Positions 54,419 to 64,000 of a DNA stretch of 64,000 nt are shown piece by piece. Within the stretch, counting starts at the first letter, position 1. Each line of letters opens with the position of its first letter. Made by a program: the position numbers and the translations under genes. The stretch spans positions 15,004,001 through 15,068,000 of the forward strand of contig NC_043007.1 of NCBI RefSeq assembly GCF_006345805.1. Reading direction: 5' to 3'. The stretch is from Octopus sinensis. Lineage: Eukaryota. The notes below the pieces were generated by a model, which ran no database searches, was not told where the DNA came from, and worked only from the letters and a program-made list of their open reading frames with translations.

Positions 54419-56069
54419 GTATATACATAAATTTTTGAGGAACGAATTGATAGACTGACATCAATGCATGACAATGAAGAGTGTCTGTAATCTGAAATGC
54501 AAAGAGAGGAGAGAAGGAAGCTGTTGGGTAATATATGGAGAATTGTGAAAATATGTATGACAAGTATCATCACCATCATCATCATTACATTTTAATCATC
54601 ACCGTGTTCCTTTCCTCCTTCCTTCTCTTACTCTTTGCTTTCTCCCGCTCCTCATATCGTCAAACACTACGGAAATTGAGGTGGTCGGCGCCACCCAAGA
54701 AAATACGAAGTGGTAACAGGGGGACACATTAACTAAAGTTAGTGCTTGCAGCTCAGCATCATGGTGGCCGTCGCTGTGGATCTAGTTTGGCCTAGCTCTC
54801 CAGCTGCATAGAAACTGGAACGGACTTGTGAACAATGTCGCCAGTCTCAGCTAGAAATGAACTGAAGAGAATGTATTTCTAAAAACACAGACAGATGTGG
54901 AGAAAGTAAAATTTTCTTAATATTTTTAACACCTCACATTTGTACTGTGCTCTAGTTATCACCTCACCAAATTGAAGCGTCCTTCTTTTTCGCTTCTTAT
55001 GGAAAAGACGTATTTCGTTAGCCAGAAGATTTTTTTAGTGTTAACATCCTTTATATCAAGCCTTCGGCGTATCGTTGATGATACGCAAGCATGTGCGGAG
55101 GCTGCGTTGTCGTCAAAGGTTCCTGCCCGATAAGAAGTTGAGGTAACCGTATGAGAATGTAATTATCTCTTGCCCACAGATCTTGGATTATGTAGAAAGT
55201 ATTTGTGGGGGTTCTCCGTTTGACCCCGGTTGTTGTCTATGTTTTGGGCATTTCATTTTTATACAGATGTATTTTATGCTGAATTTTTCATAGCTGCTTC
55301 TATGTAAAAACTTTACCGTTTTAGTATTTATCCTTCTAATGTCTCTCCCAAATCAGTCTTGTGGCAAATAAAATAAATAAATAAATAAAATAAACAACAA
55401 AAACAACAATACTAATAACAGCAACAACAATAATAGAGGTAGTGGTAGTTCTAGTAGTTGTTATTCGCATCTGTCGAAACTGGTTTATCTAACCAATAGA
55501 ACACAGCGCGCATCGAGGTCGAGATATTCAACCAAACTTATCTGAGGGGCATCCCCGACAAGTTAAACTGATAAACAGCAACAACAAGAGCAGCAGCAGC
55601 AGTTGAGGCGCAATGGCCCAGTGGTTAGGGCAGCGGACTCGCGGTTTCGATTCCCAGACCAGGCTTTGTGTGTTTATTGAGCGAAAACACCTAAAGCTCC
55701 ACGAGGCTCCGGCAGGGGGTGGTGGCGACCCCTGTTGTACTTTTTCGCTCCAAATTTCTCTCACTCCTTCTTCCGGTTTCTTGTCCCCGACTTCCTACGC
55801 AACCGCTGAGCCTGGATGCGCATTTCATCCATCCGTCGATGCTCTCGGCGTCGGGGGTTGACCTGCTTTCTCTTCTGCGGTTCTTGCGAATAGCAAAGGA
55901 CCACGTTTCGGACTTCTCTCACTACAGAGGCGCGATCTTGCGAGCTCTGGGGCGAAGACCGCTTCGCTCAACAAACAAACAAAAAAACTCGCTCAACAAG
56001 CAGCAACAACAACATCAACAATAACAACAACAACAACAACAGCAATAACGCCAAATATGAATACTTTAC

Positions 56070-56240
56070 CAAGGTCTTCGCTTATGGCGTCTCCATGCAT
56101 TTCGACCCAGTTGGTATTACTGTAGAATGACTGAAGCAGATGGAGTGCCTGGGCAACGTATACTCTCAAAGATGAATACACCGAAGAGTACTTCAAAGAT
56201 GCAAGCAATGTATTCTTCAAAATCAAAAGTTCCAGGGAAC
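56070..56240 (-). CDS. VWA7: VWA7-like exon A (SLELLILKN...AQALHLLQSFYSNTNWVEMHGDAISEDL), phase 1-1
   Basis: Acceptor ttgcag, donor GTAAAG, 171 nt; Het-C-like/VWA7 NWVE motif. Confidence 0.85.
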
Positions 56241-56634
56241 CTGCAATTGTAAGAAATAAAGAAACATATTAATATATAATTAATATAAAAGACAGTTATT
56301 CATAGTTGCACTTTGGTATAATTTTTTTCTCATAAGAAATTCAATCTGAAGCCATGTGTCAAAACGGATATTAATAAATTGGGTAGAATCATATTGGATA
56401 TTTATAAATATCACATATTAAGGCGGCGAGTCGGGAAAATGCTTAGCGGCGTTTCGTCCGTCTTTACGTTCTGAGTTCAAATGCCGCCGAGGTAGACTTA
56501 GACTTCCACTCTTTCGGTGTTGATGAAATAAGTACCAGTTACGCACTGGGGTCGAAGTAATCGACTCGCTCCTTTCTCCAAAAATTGCTAGTCGTCTGAT
56601 TATAGTATTGTTTTAGGTGTAGCGTTAGGTGGTA

Positions 56635-57551
56635 CTAGAATACCCGTGACCCGTTGGGTCACCAGTAGTTCAAGGTACCGCCCCGCCAAACAAAAAAAAA
56701 AACGCGTATCCCGGGAACCTGTGGCCTGATTCACGCAATACTTGTTTCATTCCGTTTGTATTAACATTCCAATGGTACTTTACTTTCAAAGCACTTTTCC
56801 ATTACCGCCGGTTTGGCTATTTAGAAAGGTACCCGCAAAAAGCGCGTATCTCGGGAACCCGTGGTCTGATTCACGCAAAGATTGTTTCATTCTGTTTGTA
56901 TTAACATTTCAAAAGTTCCTTACTTTCAAAGCATTTTCCCATTATGCGTCAGTTTGGCTATTTATAAAGGTACCCGAAAATTATGCACGGTTTCGCTGTA
57001 TTAAATTACAGACAAGCACGCAAGCATCATCATCATCATCATCAACATCATCATCATCATCATCATCATCGTCATCGTCGTTTAACGTCCATTTTCCATG
57101 CTGGCATGGGTTGGACGGTTCGACTGGGGTCTGGGAAGCCAGAAAGCTGCACCAGGCTCCAGTCTGATCTGGCAGTGTTTCAACAGCTGGATGCCCTTCC
57201 TAACGCCAACCACTCTGAGAGTGTAGTGGGTGCTTTTTTACGTGCCACTGGCACGGGGGCCAGAGGGGGCTGGCATCGACCACGATCGGATGGTGCTCTT
57301 TACGTGCCACCAGTACGGAAGCCAGTCAAGGCGGCGCTGGCATCGGCCACGTTCGGATTGTGCACCCGGAAAGACCACGAATCTCGGGAACTCGTGGTCC
57401 GATTTACGCGAAATTTGTTTTATTTCGCTTGTATTCCAATTCCAAGAGCACTTTACTTTCAGAATATTTTCCCATTATGCACCAATTTGGCTGTATTAAA
57501 TTACAGACAAGCACGCAAGCAAGCAATCTCAGAATTTTAGTAGTATATAGA
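56635..57551 (-). mobile_element. Helitron-like element with internal 140 bp tandem units, interrupted by another repeat (about 57027-57362)
   Basis: CTAG and hairpin GTGACCC/GGGTCAC at the low end, TC at the high end; units start at 56703 and 56843. Confidence 0.6.
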
Positions 57552-58385
57552 TAGATCAATACAGAGTAATTTAATTGAGAAGAATATAGTATGGTATAAT
57601 ATAGTGTGTTGTCAAGCAATGTAGAGTTGTGTTACATAGTAGTGTTATAGTACATAACACTGTGCAGTATAGCAGAGACGTATGATGGGACTCTAATGCA
57701 GTATAGCACGGTAATATGTAATGTCGAAGTAGAGCGGCGAGATGATGGAATCATTAGCGAGCTGGGTATAATGCTAAGCGGCATTTCGTCCGTCTTTATG
57801 TCCTGTGTTCGAATTCCACCGAGGTCGACTTCGCCTTTTATCCTTTCGGGGTCAATAAAATAAGTATAGGGGACGTTTTAATCAACTTAGCTCCTCCCTT
57901 GAAATTACTGGCCTTGTGCCAAAATTTGAAACCAATATATAATGATGAAGTGTGAAGGATTGTAGTGATGTGTAATGTTGTTTGCTTCTTTTTTTTTTTT
58001 CATGATCCCTAGGACTCAGGAGCTCGGTTGCCAGGTTACCACAGCGCGAAAATGACTGAAATCACATTTCCCCGGAACAGGACGCCGGTCAGTTGTAGGT
58101 TTCAAAGCCAGCAGTTTTGAAGGGAGCAGGGAGTCGATTAGATTAACCCAAGTACTTAACTGATACTTTATTTTTATGGACCCCGAAGGGACGAAAGGTG
58201 AATCTGACCCCGGAGTGATTTGAACTCAGAACGTAAAGATGTATAATATAGTAGCATGAAAGTATAACAGAGCTTGTGATATTATGTAACACAGTATTAT
58301 ATTGGATCTAAAGTTTGGTACAAGGCCGGCAATTTTAGGGCAATATAAGTCGATTACATCGACCCCAGTGTTCAAATGGTATCTA

Positions 58386-58950
58386 TTAGATTGTCCGGAA
58401 AGTTCTTGACGGTTTATAGTAGCTTAACTTTCGACTTATTTAAGAACATGGTTGAGTTCATAAAATAGGATTTCACTACACCTCCATTTAGAGCACAGTT
58501 TAAGCTATCTTTTTGTGGAAGAAGATTTATGTTCCTATAACCTGTGTTAATTCTGTAACCCTTTAAAATGGAAGATAAGAAAGTTCATTTTCGGCACTTG
58601 ATGCTTTGAGAACCAGACAAAAATTGCTGCAACTCGGCTGGGATGTGTTACCCCACCCTCCATATTCACCAAATATTGCTCCTTCGGATTTCCGTTTATT
58701 CAAGTCTCTGCAGAATAGTCTTAATGGTAAAAGTTTCAATTCCTTGGATGACGTAAAAGATACCTTAATGAATTCTTTGCCATGAAACCACCTCAACTCT
58801 GGGAAGAGGGTATTTCCAAGTTAAGGGAAAGATGGAGACGCATTGTGCAACAAAATGGTCCATATTTGGTTGATTAAAAATGTAATGGCAAGTATTTATT
58901 GACCTTTTTCTTTCCTTTAAAAATCGGCACGAACTTTCCGGACAACCCAA
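58386..58950 (+). mobile_element. Internally deleted mariner element inserted into a SINE
   Basis: TIRs TTAGATTGTCCGGAAAGTTC / GAACTTTCCGGACAACCCAA, TA on both sides, HPPYSPNIAPSDF motif; SINE halves flank it. Confidence 0.88.
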
Positions 58951-59809
58951 TATTTTATCAACCCAGAAGGACGAAAGGCAAAGTCGACCCCTGCGGCATT
59001 TGAACTCCGTACGTAAGGTCGAAAGAAATACCGCTAAGCATTTTTCCAGGCGCGTTAACGATTCTACCAGCTCGCCGCATTAACGCGGTACAATTAAGCA
59101 ACAATGGTGCATTATATTGATATGTAGTGAAAAGATGTAATGTCGTATGGCAAAGGGTTACATAATATAATAGTGTAGAAGCTCAAAGCATTACAGTAAA
59201 ATAATTTAGTGTTTGGAATTGTCCCAACATTTTTACGCTTCAACATTTTGATAGCTTTAAGCATCCACATAAAAGCCGCTACGTATTCTAGTATTTCCCT
59301 ACCAGCTGTTCAGTTCATTTTATTCGTTGGAGTGTCTGACTTCCGTCTGACAACTGTTTGGAGAGATAGGAATATTGCCAAATTTTAGCTCCAAGCAGCA
59401 AAATATATACGAATCTTTACGACCAAAGCGGAAAGCTTGCTTCAATTATTTTGAAAGGTCAAACGGCAACATGGGTCAGTTTTCAATTTTGCAATACGCA
59501 ATTCTGTTATCTTATCTACACCGGAAGTGATTACGAGAAGTAAGAACTGTTAGCTTTTTAACACACGACATGCTATAGCTAGCAGTAGGATAAGTCCACC
59601 TCCCCAAATGACGAATAGCATTCAAATGTTCAAAGAAAGCACACACACACACACACACACACACACCGTCTTTCCTCTTCATATGTTTTCCTCTTTTCTC
59701 TCTTCATATGTTATTCGAGCTGTTTTTTCAGCAAGGATCAGTTTGATAAAATCTAGGACAGACCCGGTTTTAACGAAAGCCACTGCATTTCTCCCGATCG
59801 TTCCAAAGG

Positions 59810-60290
59810 AAGTCAGTTGGCAGCTAATTTCCACAACTGCGCACGGTTTCTCCTCTCTGCCCCAAATCCTTATATCAGCTCTGTTGTGCTTACACTTTGT
59901 TGAGGTCTTCACAGGTACATTCCACGAGTATTCATTTTCACTATGAGGTGACTATGGCTTCTACCATATTGTGGGTTCTTATTTCTTTGTCCTCGGGATT
60001 ATCCTTCCGACGGATTTCATTATAAAGTGTCCTAGCTACAACATCATGTCCATCGGTAGATAATACCGTGATGACATTTTCAGACAACTGTTTATGATGT
60101 GGGTGATATCTTAAGGGTGAACTCCACGAAGTCTCTATCGGTTGTCACCTTTTACTGCTTTTCCTGCATCTCTATCCCTTTTGTGCATTAGGTATTTGGT
60201 TGATATTTCTTGTTCCTGTATTGCAAACGCCTACCCTTCAAAGTGGGGGTGGGGGTAATAATCCGGCTATTGGTCCATGATAAACTGCTT
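59810..60290 (-). mobile_element. Second R4/Dong-like LINE fragment
   Basis: KCKHNRADIRIWGREEKPCAVVEISC; nucleotide similarity to 9050-9480. Confidence 0.7.
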
Positions 60291-60345
60291 TGATGATGTA
60301 TGTATGTATGTATGTATGTATGTATGTATGTATGTAGTATGTATG

Positions 60346-60449
<104 letters not shown>

Positions 60450-63394
60450 TCTTCTTTTAGACGTCTATTATAAATATAAAACAGTTCTACTTTGATCATT
60501 TTCTACCTATTTTTGAGCTTTTTGTAGTTTGTTTGGGAAAGTAATTCTCCAAAATCCTTTGTTTATTTTTCTTCTAATTATCAGGAAATATCACAAGACA
60601 GAACTCGAAATTTCTTTTTAATTCCTTTACAGAAACAAAACAAAACAAAACCCTAAAAAACAAAAAACAAAAGACAACAACCTAAAGTAAAAAAAAAGAA
60701 AACAAAATGAAAGCTTTCAAAAACTTTGTTGCAAACACTCTGCAAAGAACTCGTACGCACACATACATACATACACAGAAACACAGATGCACACTTACGA
60801 ACATAGACACACACACACGCACAACTACACACACAGCCACATACACAACCACATACATATATACAGCTAACATTACGAACGCAGCGGGGGTAATGACTGT
60901 GTATACGGAAATGATATACAGTTTGTTTAGTAAATATATATTCTGCTTTGCTGTGGAAATATAATCTGGCGAATAAACCACCTGAGCTTCGATAGCTAAG
61001 AATGAGGATGGTACTCGTAGTTCTGTCTTTCTTGAGACTCATCAGGTATCGCTTACCTCGCTTTATGGCTCTGAACATAAATGGCTGTCTGTAAACGTTG
61101 CTCTTTTACTCTTTTGCTTGTTTCAGTCATTTGACTGGGGCCATGCTGGAGCACCGCCTTTTAGTCGAGCAAATCGACCCCAGGATTTATTCTTTGTAAG
61201 CCTAGTACTTATTCTATCGGTCTCTTTTTACCGAACCGCTAAGTTACGGGGACGTAGACACACCAGTATTAGTTGTCAAGCGATGTTGGGGGGTGGGGTG
61301 GGGGACAAACACTAGTCACACAATCACACACATATATACATATACATACATACGACGGGCTTCGTTCAGTTTCCGTCTACCAAATCCACTCACAAGGCTT
61401 TGGTCGGTATGAAGCTATAGTAGAACACACTTAGCTGCAGTCAAATGACTGAAACAAGTAAAAGAGTAAAGAATAGCCATAAATGTCATTGAGAAGCATA
61501 AAAATGTCGAGTGTTTGCTAGCAAAAAAAGGGAGCATGTTTTTAAAGGCTACATATGGTGTTTCATAAGCTGTCTACAGTGAACACATTATTTTAAGAGA
61601 ATCCATGAGTAAAGAAGAAAAAAACTTCAAGGAAAGACCTATGTCAGATATATATATATATACATATATTTATTTCTTTACTACCCACAAGGGGCTAAAC
61701 ACAGAGGGGACAAACAAGGGCAGACAAACGGATTAAGTCGATTATATCGACCCCAGTGCGTAATTGGTACTTAATTTATCGACCCCCGAAAGGATGAAAG
61801 GCAAAGTCTACCTCGGCGGAATTTGACCTCAGAACGTAGCGGCAGACGAAATACCTATTTCTTTACTATCCACAAGGGGCTAAACACAGAGAGGACAAAC
61901 AAGGACAGACAAACGGATTAAGTCGATTAAATCGATCCCAGTGCGAAACTGGTACCTTATTTATCGACCCCGAAAGGATGAAAGGCAAAGTCGACATCGG
62001 CAGAATCTGAACTCAGAACGTAACGGCAGACGAAATACTGCTACGCATTTCACCCGGCGTGCTAACGTTTCTGCCAGCTCGCCGCCTTTTACTTCAGATA
62101 TATACATATTACGTACGCACACACGCACACACATACACACAGACACACAGACACACAAACACACACACACACATGCACGCATGCATGCACACACATGTGC
62201 GCAGTGCAGGAGTATATATATATATATTTATAAATATACTGTTGTTGGTATGTAATAGTGTCTATACTGTTCATCGCTTATAAACATCTGTTTGTTTGTA
62301 TTGCAAAGGATAGACGCACACACGCACACCGATGCAAAATAAATGTAAAAAAAAAAAATAAGCAAAAGAGAGAAAAAAAATTAATTAATAACAAAAACAA
62401 AACAAAACAAGTGTCCCTGTTGTTTCTTAGCAACAGAGTTCTGTGTGGTCGGAAAAACACCCTTATTAACAGCCTCAAATTTAATTATTATTGGAACGAG
62501 GCGATGAGATAACTGGCACAAAAACACTCTACCCCCTTCATTCTACCCCTCTCTCTCTCTTCCTTGCTCGCTCGTTCTCTCTCTAATTCTGTTCCTCTGT
62601 GTTTTCTCCCTGTTCTTCATAGTGACTCTATCTTTTAAATTAGTAGTGCTTTGATAGCAATGGCTATTAACGCGTAAGCGTGATTTTAAAGTCAAGAATT
62701 TAGGGAAGACATTGCATTTTGGAAAGTTTTCTTGTTATTAAATTAAAAAAAAAATGTACTTAAACCGATAGTTGAAAGACAGAAAAGAACTTGTCTCCGT
62801 AAGCAATGAGACAAGATAAGAACACCAGACTTTTTCCTTCCTGAAGGTTTGGTAACATATTCCACACAAGGTTCTGCTATCTGAAACTAACTGGCCTTTA
62901 TCGACTTAACTAAGTAATAATTAAATTCGAGTAATCAAAATAATTGAAACAAGAGCGAACATAAAAGGGGTGGGGAAACCAAGTGGAAACTCAAGTATGT
63001 TTAGCACTTTTAAACTAAGAGTATGGCGGAAGCTGTAACACGTTGCTCTAAATAAATTGCGTGCTAATGAGAAAGCCTCCATGTCGTCGCTTGATCTGAT
63101 GGAAACTTTACTAGAAATTCACCTAAGTCAAAAATTACTGCCTAACAAAAAAAAAAAAAAAAAAAATCTGAGATGCGTGGCTGTGTGGTTAAGATGCTCG
63201 CTTTTCAACCACATGGTATCGGGTTCAGCCCACCGCGCAGCTTATTTGCCAAGCGTCTTCTACTATACCCCGAACCGACCAGTGCCTAGTAAGTGAATTT
63301 GGTAGACGTGTTTGTGTGTGTGAGTTTGGTAGACGTGTATATAGTGTATATATATGTGCGTGTGTGTTTGTGTGTGGATATATATGTGTTTGTT

Positions 63395-63627
63395 AAGGCG
63401 GCGAGCTGGCAGAACCGTTAACACGCCGGGCAAAATCCGTAGCCGTATTTCGTCTGCCGTTACGTTCTGAGTTCAAATTCCGCCGAGGTCGACTTTGCCT
63501 TTCATCCTTTCGGGGTCGATAAATTAAGTACCAGTTACGCACTGGGGTCGATGTAATCGACTTAATCCGTTTGTCTGTCCTTATTTGTCTCCTCTGTGTT
63601 TAGCCCCTTGTGGGTAGTAAAGAAATA
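63395..63627 (+). mobile_element. tRNA-derived SINE family A, full-length example (others near 4351, 8515, 18816, 39645, 40448, 41295, 53220, 61670)
   Basis: GGCGGCGAGCTGGCAGAA head, box B GAGTTCAAATTCC, shared GTCGAC..TTTCATCCTTTCGGGGTCGATAAA core; many copies. Confidence 0.85.
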
Positions 63628-64000
63628 TATATTTGTGTTTGTCTACCCTTCGCTTGACTGCCTCATTTTCTTTTCCCAACACAACTCGTCTCATTTTTTT
63701 TTATATGCTATTAATGTTCCTGTTGCTGTTTAACCCGAGTCAATTCTCAGTGAGCAGATCGATGAAAAGTGGTTTTCTAACCCATTTCTAGGTCATCCTT
63801 CTCACGAGTATTACATATCTAGAATCACAGATTCCCCTCTTTTGTCAAGATAACAGAGCGTAATTTCAGTCAATTTGGCTATTTTCCGCAGACCCAGAAC
63901 TACATTTTACATTACCACCTGACACTTAGGTATCTTTAGCAGAGTCCACTTTGTTGCGAGTATTCAGGCCATGTATACCACCTGAAGCAAAACAGTCCTA

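Overview
AT-rich, microsatellite- and SINE-dense eukaryotic DNA. The repeat families suggest an octopus or other cephalopod (inference from memory, not a database result). Most of the window is one minus-strand multi-exon gene. By hand I assembled 17 GT-AG exons from 56240 down to 7731 (2522 nt, about 840 codons). They join in frame with matching intron phases and encode a VWA7-like protein: Het-C-like N-terminal region, CSHGG motif, vWA domain with DSTGS/GGDCEE/FTDA motifs, Ig-like beta region and Cys-rich C-terminus. The first and last exons were not found. The introns hold tRNA-derived SINEs, non-autonomous Helitrons, Tc1/mariner and hAT remnants, Tx1/L1-, RTE-, CR1-like and R4/Dong-like LINE fragments, and a near-identical 1.78 kb tandem duplication. 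The most notable unannotated signal is a set of type I hammerhead-ribozyme-like motifs in repeats. Two have intact catalytic cores: 48550-48628 (+) and 28499-28544 (-, sense to the gene's pre-mRNA). Several degenerate copies also occur. All have short, mostly palindromic stem III, as in dimer-acting minimal hammerheads of Penelope-like elements. All structures were read by eye, and repeat boundaries are approximate unless stated.
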